The notes: generated by a model from the letters alone, not told the origin. DNA of 64,000 nucleotides from Microcoleus sp. (GCA_052279835.1 CP181291.1:3904001-3968000), one strand, 5' to 3'. Positions 1 to 10,905 are shown, counted from the first letter of the stretch. A program made the numbers and translations.

Positions 1-207
1 AGGGCTACCGTGGGAGATGATGTGAATGCTGGTAATACCACTGCGACTTGCTAGTGCTTTAGTAATTTGTTCTACCCCATTCCGTACTCCATTGAGGCTA
101 ATTACTTCTGTCCCCGGTGCGATACCGTTGTGAAGAGTTTGGCGATCGTCCAGGGCACTGTCGATAAAGGCGATCGTCGTGGCAACTAAACTAATAGTGT
201 CTGGCAT
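1..207 (-). CDS. DUF4347-domain protein, 5' part (runs off the window)
   Basis: Manual translation MPDTISLVATTIAFIDSALDDRQTLHNGIAPGTEVISLNGVRNGVEQITKALASRSGITSIHIISHGSP; the FIDS...DG/NG.EQI...HI.SHG.P pattern is typical of DUF4347. Confidence 0.8.
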   Translation of the reverse strand, partial: MPDTISLVATTIAFIDSALDDRQTLHNGIAPGTEVISLNGVRNGVEQITKALASRSGITSIHIISHGSP

Positions 208-480
208 AATAGACATAAAGGTAGATGAAAATACGGAATTAAGGTGTGCCCAACTTAGCAAATTTCTAGGGGTACTGTCATCAGTAAACTATCACCATCA
301 ACGGTAAATCAGAGACATCTTCATAATTAATGTGGAACAGGCCCTCCAGCCTGTTATTGATGATCTTTTTGAGACACGTATAATCGTGATGTTTTATGAA
401 GCTGCAACAGATGAATTTTGTAGCTGCTAAGTAGAAGGAATAAGGAAGAAGATCGATGTGAAGAAGATTGATGTGAAGAA

Positions 481-745
481 GGAAGAAGATCGATGTGAAG
501 AAGGAATAAGTCACCCCCCCCTGCCCCCCCCTAGGGGGGAAATTCAGGAAGAAGATCGATGTGAAGAAGGAATAAGTCACCCCCCCCCTGCCCCCCCCTA
601 GGGGGGAAATTCAGGAAGAAGATCGATGTGAAGAAGGAATAAGTCACCCCCCCCTGCCCCCCCCTAGGGGGGAAATTCAGGAAGAAGATCGATGTGAAGA
701 AGGAATAAGTCACCCCCCCCTGCCCCCCCCTAGGGGGGAAATTCA
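481..745. repeat. Tandem array of 4 x ~66-bp units containing C-run-TG-C-run-TA-G-run
   Basis: GGAAGAAGATCGATGTGAAGAAGGAATAAGTCA-C8-TG-C8-TA-G6-AAATTCA repeated four times with no spacers. Confidence 0.95.
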
Positions 746-830
746 GGAAGAAGGAAGAAGACTTATGCAGTCAGCTTTTCGGTCATCCGTATTTTACGTT
801 TAATTAAGTGGATTTACCCAACTCGTCATT

Positions 831-1523
831 TTAAGGTTCCATCGCTAAAAGTTCTTCTGCTACCAATCCCTTCTGAATCGCGAGTACAGCAGCTTGAGTG
901 CGATCGCGCACTTCCAACTTTTGCAAAATCGCATGAACGTGAACCCGCACTGTCCCTGGGGCAATATACAATATTTGAGCAATTTCCTGATTGCTTTTCC
1001 CCCCCGCCACTAAAGCTAAAATTTCCTGTTCTCGCTTCGTCAGCGGATTTTCCAAAACTTCCGATTTAGGGCTATTTTTAACAGGTTCAGGATTAGTAAA
1101 AACCGCCCTAATTTCCGCAGTAGCGGCTCGATCCCACCAGGAAGCACCCGCCGCTACTGAGCGAATTGCTAACACCAAAGTTTCCGCCGCAATTCCCTTG
1201 AGACAATAGCCCTGAGCCCCCGCTGCAATCAATCTTTCAATTAATGATTTTTGAGAATGAGATGTTAAAATTAAAACGGGAATTGCTGGATGTCGTTGTT
1301 TAATTTGGCGACAAGCTTCAATGCCACCAATTCCCGGCAAACCGACATCGAGAACCACCACATCCGGTAAGTGTTCCTGAGTCAATTCTACTGCGGTTTC
1401 GCCATCTTCGGCTTCCGCAATTACTTGCAAGCAATTTTCTTGTTGCAATCGAGTTTGCAGCCCCAACCGGAACAGTTCGTCATCTTCAACTAACAGAATT
1501 CGCAAGGGATAAGCTGGTTTCAT
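831..1523 (-). CDS. NarL/LuxR-family response regulator (Kdp-associated)
   Basis: REC domain (LVEDD, VLDVGLP) and LuxR HTH (LTKREQEILAL...TVRVHV); overlaps the kinase stop by 4 nt. Confidence 0.93.
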   Translation of the reverse strand: MKPAYPLRILLVEDDELFRLGLQTRLQQENCLQVIAEAEDGETAVELTQEHLPDVVVLDVGLPGIGGIEACRQIKQRHPAIPVLILTSHSQKSLIERLIAAGAQGYCLKGIAAETLVLAIRSVAAGASWWDRAATAEIRAVFTNPEPVKNSPKSEVLENPLTKREQEILALVAGGKSNQEIAQILYIAPGTVRVHVHAILQKLEVRDRTQAAVLAIQKGLVAEELLAMEP

Positions 1524-2623
1524 TTCTCTGGGATTGCAGGGAGTCGGAATCCAAATAAAGCACCGTGAGGCAATTTATTTTCTGCCCAGATTATACCTCC
1601 GTGGGCGTCAATAATTTGGCGAGATAAGTATAACCCCAATCCCGATCCTTTAGCTTGCCGATCGCCATTTCCTTGATAAAAACGATCGAACAAGTGCGGC
1701 AGTTCCTCTGCTGTAATTCCCAACCCGCTATCAATAACTTTCACGATCTGATAACTTGAATAAAATTCCATCACCACTTCTACTTTACCACCACGAGGGG
1801 AATGGTTGATCCCATTGGTCAATAAATTCACAAAAACGCGCTGAAGTTGCACTGCATCGCATTTTACCCACAAAGAGCGACGAAAATCTGACTCTCCGTA
1901 ACTAATATTAATGTAAACTCGACGCGCCGCCGATAAATCGATGAGAGTGGCAATTACTTCTTCTGCTAAAGTTACTAAATTTACCGGAGCAAGCTGTAGT
2001 TTTAAACCTTCGGTATCGTTGCGGTAAACATCCAGCATGGTTTCTACTAATTGTAAAGTCATTTTGTGCGATCGCGTCATGGTTTCCAAAACTTTTTGCT
2101 GAGTAGAAGTCACATCGCCAAATTTGGCCTGTTTAAAAGCTTTAATAGTCTCGATCGCGCCCAGCATCGGCGTTTTTAAGTCATGACTCAAAGTAGACAC
2201 AAAATCTTCTCGGATGCTAGCTAATTGTTGCTGAGACTGCAATTGCGCTTTGGTAAGGGCGATCGCCTCTTGGTACTGCTGATTGCGATCGCTCAAATAG
2301 CCAGTAACCCCCAAAGCCATGACAGCGATCGCCCTATTTGCTACAGTTGCTAGGGCGATCTTTTCTCCATAAGGAAGAACCAAATTTAACAGAGTCAATA
2401 GCACTGCTACCAGGGTAATTTGCAACTTTCCCAACCGACTCAGGCGCGAGTTTGCCATTAAAATCGGTCCAGTATACAAATATCCAAATAAATATTCCGA
2501 AGGCGTGCTAAATTCTAGTGCTACCACAATGGCAAATAAAGTAGCGATCGACCATCGCCCCCGCCAAAAATTCTCCCCCAGAGCCAAGTCTTCCTTGATT
2601 TTAAATATTTTTTTTAACATCAT
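1520..2623 (-). CDS. Membrane sensor histidine kinase (candidate partner of the split KdpD)
   Basis: N-terminal TM segments, H-box SHDLKTP, N-box NLLTNG, DSGLG, GSGLGL; divergent from kdpA. Confidence 0.9.
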   Translation of the reverse strand: MMLKKIFKIKEDLALGENFWRGRWSIATLFAIVVALEFSTPSEYLFGYLYTGPILMANSRLSRLGKLQITLVAVLLTLLNLVLPYGEKIALATVANRAIAVMALGVTGYLSDRNQQYQEAIALTKAQLQSQQQLASIREDFVSTLSHDLKTPMLGAIETIKAFKQAKFGDVTSTQQKVLETMTRSHKMTLQLVETMLDVYRNDTEGLKLQLAPVNLVTLAEEVIATLIDLSAARRVYINISYGESDFRRSLWVKCDAVQLQRVFVNLLTNGINHSPRGGKVEVVMEFYSSYQIVKVIDSGLGITAEELPHLFDRFYQGNGDRQAKGSGLGLYLSRQIIDAHGGIIWAENKLPHGALFGFRLPAIPEK

Positions 2624-2874
2624 TAATTAATCCATATTTTATCGGTATATTTTATTTATTTTGACGCAAAAAACCCGCGTTTAGAGCCAAAATATATCTC
2701 TAAGTATAGGTAGTTTAACAAATATAAACATTGGTCTACAACTAAAATATATAGCAGTTATACATAATTGGTAAACAGCAACTTATACCTGGGGGTTGAT
2801 TATCAACCACCCTAACTTCAAGTATATTGATTGTTAAAAGTAGACTGCACTTTTAAGAAAGTATAGACTCCCTT

Positions 2875-4635
2875 ATGATTGAAGGATTAATTCAAATCGC
2901 CTTAACGCTAATCATAGTAGTAGCGATCGCCCCGGTTTTTGGCAATTACATGGCACGAGTATACATGGGAGAAGCAACCATCCTCGATCGCGCCATTAAA
3001 CCCCTAGAACAACTCATCTATCAAGCTGGCAATATTCGTTCGGCAGATTCAATGACAGGTTGGCAATATGCGCGATCGGTATTCTACAGCAATATCGCCA
3101 TGGGCATATTTGTTTTCCTCATTTTCATGCTTCAAGGATTGCTCCCTTTAAATCCTACCGGCTTAGGTACACCAACCTGGGATACCGCCCTGCACACAAC
3201 TATTTCATTCCTCACCAATACCGACCAACAGCATTACTCCGGCGAGACAACATTTACTTACCTATCCCAGTTAACTTTGGGCTTTTTAATGTTCACCTCA
3301 GCCGCCACCGGTTTAGCAGTAGGCATTGCCTTTATTCGAGGATTAACAGGTAGACCCCTAGGCAATTTTTACATCGATTTAATTCAATCTATCACCCGTA
3401 TTCTGCTACCAATTTCTATAATACTTGGCTTGCTCTTACTAATTAATGGCGTACCAGAAACCCTAGCAGGTCCAGCAGTTGCCACCACCTTAGAAGGGAG
3501 CACCCAAGTAATAGCCCGCGGCCCGGTTGCTCACTTTGAAAGCATCAAACAACTAGGAGAAAACGGCGGTGGATTCTTTGCAATTAACTCGGCTCACCCC
3601 TATGAAAATCCCAACCCTTTCACTAACCTGCTGGAAACCATAGCCATGGTTTCAATTCCGGCAGCACTCATTCATACTTACGGGATATTTGCCAATAATA
3701 AAAAACAAGGCTGGCTAATTTTTTGGATGGTTTTTAGCATCTACGTTTTCTTGATTGGCATTGCAGCAGTCGGCGAATTCCAAGGCAATCCTCTCATCAA
3801 CAAATTACTAGGCTCAGTGCAGCCAAATTTAGAAGGAAAAGAAATTAGATTTGGCTGGGCCCAAACCGCCCTTTGGGCAGTGACTACAACAGGCACAATG
3901 TGCGGTGCGGTCAACGGAATGCACGATTCTTTAATGCCTCCCGGCAGTTTTGCTAGTTTATTTAACTTGTTTCTGCAAATAGTTTGGGGCGGACAAGGAA
4001 CTGGTACAGCTTACCTATTTATCTACTTAATTTTGAGCGTGTTTCTCACCGGATTGATGGTGGGAAGAACCCCAGAGTTTTTAGGCAGAAAGATAGAAAA
4101 ACCGGAAATAGTTTTAGCCAGCGTTGTGCTGTTAATTCATCCGATCGCTGTTTTAATTCCCGGCGCAATTACCCTCGCATTTACCGACAGCTTGAGCGGC
4201 ATCAGCAATCCCGGATTTCACGGTATTTCCCAGGTGATGTACGAATATGCTTCGGCCGCAGCCAACAACGGTTCAGGTTTTGAAGGATTGGCAGACTCTC
4301 AACCAGCAGCTACCGGAATGTGGTGGAATTTAAGCACCTGTTTTAGTATGCTATTAGGGCGCTATGTTCCGATTGTTGCACTGCTGCTGTTAGCCGACAG
4401 CATGACCAACAAACAACCAGTACCAGAAACAACAGGAACTCTCAGAACCGACTCAGTGTTATTCACCAGCGTCACCGCTGGAGTAATCTTAATTCTAGGC
4501 GCATTAACATTTTTCCCAGTGCTAGCTTTAGGACCAATTGCCGAAGGATATGAAATTAGCAGTGGCAAATTTGAACCCGCACCGACCACAGTACCCGCAA
4601 CACCTTTAGCCACACCAACTCCTCCACCTCTGTAG
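2875..4635 (+). CDS. kdpA: K+-transporting ATPase subunit A
   Basis: [34 protein letters not shown] and SAAANNGS motifs. Confidence 0.97.
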   Translation: MIEGLIQIALTLIIVVAIAPVFGNYMARVYMGEATILDRAIKPLEQLIYQAGNIRSADSMTGWQYARSVFYSNIAMGIFVFLIFMLQGLLPLNPTGLGTPTWDTALHTTISFLTNTDQQHYSGETTFTYLSQLTLGFLMFTSAATGLAVGIAFIRGLTGRPLGNFYIDLIQSITRILLPISIILGLLLLINGVPETLAGPAVATTLEGSTQVIARGPVAHFESIKQLGENGGGFFAINSAHPYENPNPFTNLLETIAMVSIPAALIHTYGIFANNKKQGWLIFWMVFSIYVFLIGIAAVGEFQGNPLINKLLGSVQPNLEGKEIRFGWAQTALWAVTTTGTMCGAVNGMHDSLMPPGSFASLFNLFLQIVWGGQGTGTAYLFIYLILSVFLTGLMVGRTPEFLGRKIEKPEIVLASVVLLIHPIAVLIPGAITLAFTDSLSGISNPGFHGISQVMYEYASAAANNGSGFEGLADSQPAATGMWWNLSTCFSMLLGRYVPIVALLLLADSMTNKQPVPETTGTLRTDSVLFTSVTAGVILILGALTFFPVLALGPIAEGYEISSGKFEPAPTTVPATPLATPTPPPL

Positions 4636-4710
4636 CCAAAAACTCTCAACATCAATCCTCTCTTTCTCTGTGTTCTCTGTGTCCTCTGCGGTTCATTAAA
4701 AATCAAAAAT

Positions 4711-6807
4711 ATGGCTTCTTCCAATAGCACCAATTCTCAAAAAAATCCCCGTTCTAGAGGTTCTCGCGAATCCCGCCGACATACACCAAAAGCAAATACC
4801 AAAGGCCTTTACAAAAGAGCATTCAAACAAGCTTTCATCAAGCTAGATCCGCGGGTAATGTTGAAAAATCCGGTGATGTTTGTGGTTTGGGTAGGCACAA
4901 TTGTGACTGCATTATTAACCATCGATCCGACCCTGTTCGGCCCGGTTCCCGGCAAAAATCAAGTCGTTTTCAACGGTTTAGTCACGTTTATTTTGTTCTT
5001 CACTTTGGTGTTTGCAAATTTTGCCGAAGCCGTAGCAGAAGGGCGCGGCAAAGCCCAAGCAGACGCACTGCGATCGACCAAAGCCGACACCATCGCCCGC
5101 AAACTCTTACCAGACGGTTCATTGCAGGAAGTGAGCTCCACATCCCTCAGACGCGGCGATCAAATTAAAGTAATCGCAGGCGATATCATTCCCGCTGACG
5201 GCGAAGTGATCGCGGGTGTCGCCTCTGTAGACGAATCTGCAATCACCGGGGAATCCGCCCCGGTGCTCAAGGAACCCGGTTCGGACATGGCCAGTTCCGT
5301 TACGGGCGGGACGCGCATCCTTTCCGACGAACTGACGCTGCGGGTGATGGCCGACCCCGGTAAGGGGTTTTTGGACAGGATGATCGCGCTGGTGGAGGGC
5401 GCTGAACGCACGAAAACGCCGAATGAGATCGCGCTGACGGTGTTGCTGGCGGTGCTGACTCTGGTGTTTTTGATTGTGGTGTCTACGATTCCGCCGGTGG
5501 GAACTTACGTGAAAACTCCGGTGGGTGTGGTGACGCTGATTTCGCTGCTGGTGGCGCTGATTCCAACGACGATCGGCGGTTTGCTGAGTGCGATCGGGAT
5601 TGCGGGGATGGATCGCGTGGCTCAATTTAACGTCGTAGCGACCTCTGGACGCGCCGTGGAGGCCTGTGGCGACGTGAATACGCTGATTTTGGACAAAACG
5701 GGGACAATCACCCTGGGCAACCGTTTAGCTGAGGAGTTCATCCCGGTAAACGGTCACTCGCTGGAGGATGTGGCTGCTGTAGCGCTGGCTGGAAGCGTGT
5801 TTGACGAGACACCGGAGGGAAAGTCGATCGTCCGTTTGTCGGAAAAATTGGGCGCTACAGCAACTTTCGATCGCGCTAACGCCACCGGGCTGGAATTTTC
5901 GGCAAAAACGCGGATGTCTGGCACGGATTTGCCCGATGGTACGGAGGTTCGCAAGGGTGCGGTGGATGCGGTGAAGGGTTTTGTGCGATCGCGCGGTGGT
6001 AACATCGGCCCCGATCTCGATGAAGCTTACGAGCGAGTTTCCCGGCTGGGAGGCACACCTTTGGGAGTTTGTCAAGGCAGCGATATCTACGGGATTATTT
6101 ATTTAAAAGATGTGATTAAACCGGGAATTCGCGATCGATTTGACCAACTCAGAAAAATGGGCATCCGCACAATTATGCTCACCGGAGACAACCGAATTAC
6201 AGCATCAGTAATTGCCGATGAAGCCGGCGTTGACGACTTCATCGCCGAAGCAACTCCAGAGGACAAAATCGAAGTAATTCGCAAGCAACAAGCCCAGGGT
6301 AAATTAGTAGCAATGACCGGGGACGGAACCAACGACGCACCAGCCCTAGCCCAAGCAAACGTAGGCTTAGCCATGAATTCGGGAACCCAAGCCGCGAAAG
6401 AAGCTGCAAACATGGTGGACTTAGATTCCGACCCCACAAAATTGATTGATTTAGTGACAATCGGCAAACAATTACTGATTACACGCGGTGCGCTAACTAC
6501 ATTTTCCCTAGCCAACGATATCGCGAAATATTTTGCCATTATTCCGGCAATGTTTGCCCCCGTTGGCGCTTTGAACGTCATGGGTTTAGCTAGCGGTCAA
6601 TCGGCAGTATTATCGGCATTAATTTATAATGCTTTGATTATTCCAGCTTTGATTCCCCTAGCATTAACTGGGGTAAAATTTCGCCCATTAACGGCAAATC
6701 AACTTTTGCAGCGCAACATTTTAATCTACGGATGTGGCGGGGCGATCGCGCCATTTATTGCCATCAAAATTATCGATATTTTCATTGCAGCCGTTGGCTT
6801 AGCATAG
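4711..6807 (+). CDS. kdpB: K+-transporting ATPase subunit B
   Basis: P-type ATPase motifs TGES, DKTGT and TGDGTNDAPAL. Confidence 0.98.
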   Translation: MASSNSTNSQKNPRSRGSRESRRHTPKANTKGLYKRAFKQAFIKLDPRVMLKNPVMFVVWVGTIVTALLTIDPTLFGPVPGKNQVVFNGLVTFILFFTLVFANFAEAVAEGRGKAQADALRSTKADTIARKLLPDGSLQEVSSTSLRRGDQIKVIAGDIIPADGEVIAGVASVDESAITGESAPVLKEPGSDMASSVTGGTRILSDELTLRVMADPGKGFLDRMIALVEGAERTKTPNEIALTVLLAVLTLVFLIVVSTIPPVGTYVKTPVGVVTLISLLVALIPTTIGGLLSAIGIAGMDRVAQFNVVATSGRAVEACGDVNTLILDKTGTITLGNRLAEEFIPVNGHSLEDVAAVALAGSVFDETPEGKSIVRLSEKLGATATFDRANATGLEFSAKTRMSGTDLPDGTEVRKGAVDAVKGFVRSRGGNIGPDLDEAYERVSRLGGTPLGVCQGSDIYGIIYLKDVIKPGIRDRFDQLRKMGIRTIMLTGDNRITASVIADEAGVDDFIAEATPEDKIEVIRKQQAQGKLVAMTGDGTNDAPALAQANVGLAMNSGTQAAKEAANMVDLDSDPTKLIDLVTIGKQLLITRGALTTFSLANDIAKYFAIIPAMFAPVGALNVMGLASGQSAVLSALIYNALIIPALIPLALTGVKFRPLTANQLLQRNILIYGCGGAIAPFIAIKIIDIFIAAVGLA

Positions 6808-6862
6808 AACAAGTTCGGCAACAGATAAACCAAGATACTTATTCCCAAAACAAGGAGGATTC

Positions 6863-7132
6863 ATGAAACGTGATAATTGGCTGCATGATGTTTTGCCCCC
6901 GGATTTTAAAACAATTATTGAGTTAGCACAAACCCTGTGGCAGCGTCACCAAATCCCGGTGCAGCTATTTCTAGTAATGTGTTTCAATGCCATCATTGCC
7001 CCTGCTGTTTATGCAGCTTCTGGCGAAGATTTGACCCGCAAAGCTGTCTGGGGTTTAAGTCTGCTGGGTTTGGTGATTATCGCGCTTTCTATTTACCTGT
7101 TAGTGGTCATATTTCAGCCGGAAAGATTTTAG
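6863..7132 (+). CDS. Extended KdpF-like subunit (cyanobacterial KdpG/F type)
   Basis: C-terminus IYLLVVIFQPERF matches the KdpF signature; lies between kdpB and kdpC; AGGAGG RBS. Confidence 0.8.
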   Translation: MKRDNWLHDVLPPDFKTIIELAQTLWQRHQIPVQLFLVMCFNAIIAPAVYAASGEDLTRKAVWGLSLLGLVIIALSIYLLVVIFQPERF

Positions 7133-7184
7133 CTGAAGCTGGACTACCCAAAATTAACTTTTTCACAACACCCAAATCAACAAT

Positions 7185-7808
7185 ATGAGAGAAATAATCA
7201 GAGCAATTCGCGTGACTTTAGTCCTGTGGGGAATTACAGCCATTGTTTATCCCTTGATTTTACTAGCCATCGGTCAAATAGCTTTCAATTCCCAGGCAAA
7301 TGGTAGCTTAATTACTAAGCAAGGAGTTGTAGTTGGCTCCTCTTTAATCGGTCAAAACTTCACCTCGGAAAAATATTTTGTGAGCCGTCCCAGCACCACA
7401 AATTACAGCATTTTCCCAGATTATGCTCCGACAAAAGCCGAGAATTTAAGTCAAAGAACAGGTGTTTCTGGAGCTAGTAATATTGGTCCCAGTAACTCAG
7501 ATTTGCTGAAAAGAGGTAATGAGAAAGATGGTTTTCAGGGAATTCAATTTGAAATCGATCGTCTCAACAAAGCTGGCATCAAACCTACGGCTGATTTAGT
7601 ATATACTTCTGGTTCTAGCCTCGACCCTCATCTTAGCGAAGAGGCGGCTAGAGCGCAAGTTCAACGGATAGCAAAAGTGCGATCGCTCAATCCCAATCAA
7701 GTCGAAATTCTGATATCCCAAAATACAGACGGCAGATTTCTCGGCATTTTCGGTGAACCCGGAGTTAATGTCCTCAAGCTCAATCTAGCTTTAGATGGTT
7801 TACAATAG
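7185..7808 (+). CDS. kdpC: K+-transporting ATPase subunit C
   Basis: QANGSL, GSSLIGQ, SGSSLDPH and VNVLKLNLALD motifs. Confidence 0.96.
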   Translation: MREIIRAIRVTLVLWGITAIVYPLILLAIGQIAFNSQANGSLITKQGVVVGSSLIGQNFTSEKYFVSRPSTTNYSIFPDYAPTKAENLSQRTGVSGASNIGPSNSDLLKRGNEKDGFQGIQFEIDRLNKAGIKPTADLVYTSGSSLDPHLSEEAARAQVQRIAKVRSLNPNQVEILISQNTDGRFLGIFGEPGVNVLKLNLALDGLQ

Positions 7809-7814
7809 TCAGTA

Positions 7815-7995
7815 GTTATTGGTTATTGGTCATTGGTCATTGGTCATTGGTCATTGGTCATTGGTCATTGGTCATTGGTCATTGGTCATTGGTTATTTGT
7901 TGTTTTTAGCAAATACCAACTAGCAAATACCAACTACCTACTAGCAACTGGCAACTACCAACTACCCACTGTCAACTGTCAACTGCCAACTAACT
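7815..7995. repeat. STRR heptamer arrays (GGTCATT)n followed by complementary-type (CAACTA/G) units
   Basis: About 11 tandem GGTC/TATT units, then degenerate CAACT-based heptamers. Confidence 0.9.
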
Positions 7996-8003
7996 ATTAA
8001 GCT

Positions 8004-9167
8004 ATGATTCACTCTAGCGAACTCGAAAATAACCCCGACGCAATTTACGCCCAACCAAATCGCACTTACGATCGCACCCGCCGTCGGGGAAAGCACAAAA
8101 TCTTTATCGGGATGGCCCCCGGTGTTGGCAAAACTTTCCGAATGCTAGAAGAAGGACACACAATCAAATCAGAAGGCATTGATGTAGTTGTAGGATTGTT
8201 AGAAACTCACGGCAGAAAAGAGACAGCAGCCAAAGGTGACGGACTGGAAATAGTGCCACGGAAAAAAATGCTGCGCGGCGAAATAACTCTGACTGAAATG
8301 GATACAGAAGCTGTCATCGCGCGCCACCCTCAATTAGCATTAATCGACGAACTGGCTCATACAAATATTCCCGGTTCTCTCAGAGAAAAGCGGTATCAAG
8401 ATGTTGAAGAAATTCTGAATGCTGGCATTGATGTTTACTCAACTCTCAACATTCAGCACATAGAAAGTCTCAACGATTTAGTAGCGCGAATTACCGGAGT
8501 TGTCGTGCGAGAACGAGTACCCGATCGCATCCTGGAAGAAGCTGACGAAATACTCGTTGTTGATGTGACACCAGAAACCTTAGAAGAAAGGTTACTAGAA
8601 GGTAAAATCTATGCTCCCGAAAAAATTGAACAATCTTTAAAAAACTTTTTTCAGCGTCGTCATTTAATTGCATTACGAGAACTAGCATTACGAGAAGTCG
8701 CAGACAACGTTGAAGAGGAGGCAGCAACTTTAAAAGGTCAATCTTGTAACATTCACGAGCGAGTTTTAGTATGCGTTTCCACTTATCCAAATTCTTTGCA
8801 ACTTCTCCGACGGGGTGGGAGAATTTCTAGCTACATGAATGCGCCATTTTATGCTTTATTTGTGGAGAACCCCGATCGCTTTTTAACAAAAGCCGAAAGC
8901 TTACACATTGAAACGTGCCAGAAACTTTGCCAAGAATTTAACGGACAATTCCTGCGGGTGCAGAGTCAGAATATAGCCAAAGCAATTTCTGATGTAGCTA
9001 GACAGTATCGCATTACTCAAATTGTGATTGGTGAAAGCCAGCAATCCCGCTGGAAGTTGTTGTTGCGGGGTTCTTTGACTCAGCAATTAGTGCGATCGCT
9101 CAAACACGTAGATTTACACATCATCGCTACTGAGAAAAGTCATTCGTCATTAGTCAGTAGTCATTAG
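8004..9167 (+). CDS. kdpD: KdpD N-terminal sensor plus USP domain (no TM or kinase domain)
   Basis: GMAPGVGKT, ETHGR, DELAHTN and LRELALR motifs; ends after a USP-like domain. Confidence 0.93.
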   Translation: MIHSSELENNPDAIYAQPNRTYDRTRRRGKHKIFIGMAPGVGKTFRMLEEGHTIKSEGIDVVVGLLETHGRKETAAKGDGLEIVPRKKMLRGEITLTEMDTEAVIARHPQLALIDELAHTNIPGSLREKRYQDVEEILNAGIDVYSTLNIQHIESLNDLVARITGVVVRERVPDRILEEADEILVVDVTPETLEERLLEGKIYAPEKIEQSLKNFFQRRHLIALRELALREVADNVEEEAATLKGQSCNIHERVLVCVSTYPNSLQLLRRGGRISSYMNAPFYALFVENPDRFLTKAESLHIETCQKLCQEFNGQFLRVQSQNIAKAISDVARQYRITQIVIGESQQSRWKLLLRGSLTQQLVRSLKHVDLHIIATEKSHSSLVSSH

Positions 9168-9270
9168 TCAGTAGTCATTAGTCATTAGTCAGTAGTCATT
9201 CGTCATTAGTCAGTAGTCATTAGTCAGTAGTCATTCGTCATTAGTCAGTAGTCATTAGTCATTAGTCAGT
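9139..9270. repeat. STRR heptamer array (GTCATTA/GTCAGTA/GTCATTC)
   Basis: Tandem 7-mers overlapping the 3' end of kdpD. Confidence 0.9.
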
Positions 9271-9407
9271 TGTTACAAGTAACAAATAACAAATAACAAA
9301 TAGATATAACTTTCGGAGGATAGCAGACTCTAGCTTTCGGCGGATGTACCAGAAGCTTTGATCTGTCACGATCGCAGTTGTCACGCCTGATTAAAAGTGC
9401 GATCGCT

Positions 9408-10646
9408 ATGGTGGATAATTACATTCTCAACTTGCTAGTTATTGGCATCCTCCTGCTGATTGTCACATTAGGTTCAGGATGGATTTCCCGATTGCCACTG
9501 TCTTATGCCTTAATTTACCTGTTAGTGGGCATCGGATTAGGTCCCTACGGTGTCAAACTGATTGAATTGCGCCCTGATGCTCAATTTTTAGAAAGACTCA
9601 CAGAATTTGTAGTGATTGTTTCTCTCTTCAGTTGCGGCCTAAAAATGAACCGCCCCCTGCAACTTTGGGCTTGGAATTCCACAGCGCGCCTGATCGGTTT
9701 TTTAATGCCTATTTCGATTTTTAGTATAGCAGCAGTTGGTCACTTCTTTTTGAATTTAGATTGGGGGGTGGCGATTTTATTAGGAGCAATTCTCGCTCCC
9801 ACCGATCCAGTTTTAGCCTCCGAAGTTCAGTTAGCACATTTAGACGATCGAGATGAATTGCGCTTTGGTTTAACCTCAGAAGGTGGCTTAAACGATGCTC
9901 TCTCTTTTCCCTTTGTTTATTTCGGAATTTATTCCCTAAAAGATGGTAATTGGCCGAACTGGTTTTCGCAGTGGGTAGTAATTGATATAATCTGGGCAGT
10001 TGCCGCTGGAATTGTCATGGGCATTTTAGTAGCTAAAGCTGTCACCTGGATCGATAAAAGATTGCAACGCTACAGACCAGCCGATGAATTAATGGAAGAT
10101 TTCATCGCCCTGAGTACAATTTTACTCACTTATTCTCTAACCGAAGTAGTCAACGGCTACGGGTTTCTGGCAGTTTTTGTATCAGGAATTGTAGTGCAGC
10201 GCAGTTACCGCGACCCAGAAAAACCCCTTTCCCAATTGCGATTTACCGAGCGCATTGAAAAGTTAATGGAAGTAGCCACTATTTTACTTTTAGGTTCTTT
10301 GTTGCGCCTAAAACCGATGTGGGCTTTTGCAGCAGATTCGCTGCTAGTGGCGGGATTGTTATTTTTCTTGATTCGCCCATTGGGAGCGTGGATCAGTACG
10401 ATTGGCAGTCCTTTGCACCCCGCCAGTCGCTGGCTGTGCGGTTGGTTTGGCATTCGCGGTGTCGGTTCTATCTATTATCTTACCTATGCTTTTGGCAAAG
10501 GTTTAAAAGGCGAACTCGGAGAACAAATTGCCTGGATTACTTTTTCAACGATCGTGATTTCTGTGATTTTGCACGGCATTAGTTCTACGCCGTTAATGAA
10601 TTGGTACGAGCGACGAATTAAACCTCAAGTACCGGATCTAATTTAA
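9408..10646 (+). CDS. NhaP/CPA1 cation:proton antiporter
   Basis: Many TM segments; LAPTDPVLA, SEGGLND and WFGIRGVGS motifs. Confidence 0.92.
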   Translation: MVDNYILNLLVIGILLLIVTLGSGWISRLPLSYALIYLLVGIGLGPYGVKLIELRPDAQFLERLTEFVVIVSLFSCGLKMNRPLQLWAWNSTARLIGFLMPISIFSIAAVGHFFLNLDWGVAILLGAILAPTDPVLASEVQLAHLDDRDELRFGLTSEGGLNDALSFPFVYFGIYSLKDGNWPNWFSQWVVIDIIWAVAAGIVMGILVAKAVTWIDKRLQRYRPADELMEDFIALSTILLTYSLTEVVNGYGFLAVFVSGIVVQRSYRDPEKPLSQLRFTERIEKLMEVATILLLGSLLRLKPMWAFAADSLLVAGLLFFLIRPLGAWISTIGSPLHPASRWLCGWFGIRGVGSIYYLTYAFGKGLKGELGEQIAWITFSTIVISVILHGISSTPLMNWYERRIKPQVPDLI

Positions 10647-10905
10647 TTCATAGAAATCTCAATTGTTGATGGCCCAAACCCATCAAATCCCATCAAACAG
10701 ATATAGCATTTCTCAGATAGATGAGGTATATAATAACTCTTGAAAGTCCCCATAGTCAAGGAATCTTGTGCACCTCATCTTTTTATTTTGAAAAAAGGTT
10801 ATATCTTAAATAAATCTTTGTTAAACAAATGCAAGATTAGGGGTTAAGGCAGTAAGCTGGTGGTTAAACTATAGAAGAGACAATTACCACATATATTAGT
10901 AAGTC

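Noticed and set aside
281..713. ORFs built from the repeat array (also 17049-17316 and 50803-51130)
   Set aside because: They are translations of repeats with no protein-like features
481..745. Possible CRISPR arrays (also 17061-17277 and 61531-61631)
   Set aside because: Units are head-to-tail and near-identical with no unique spacers; no cas genes in the window
4362..6581. Many antisense and alternative-frame ORFs inside kdpA/kdpB and other long genes
   Set aside because: Shadow ORFs of well-supported genes with no independent motifs
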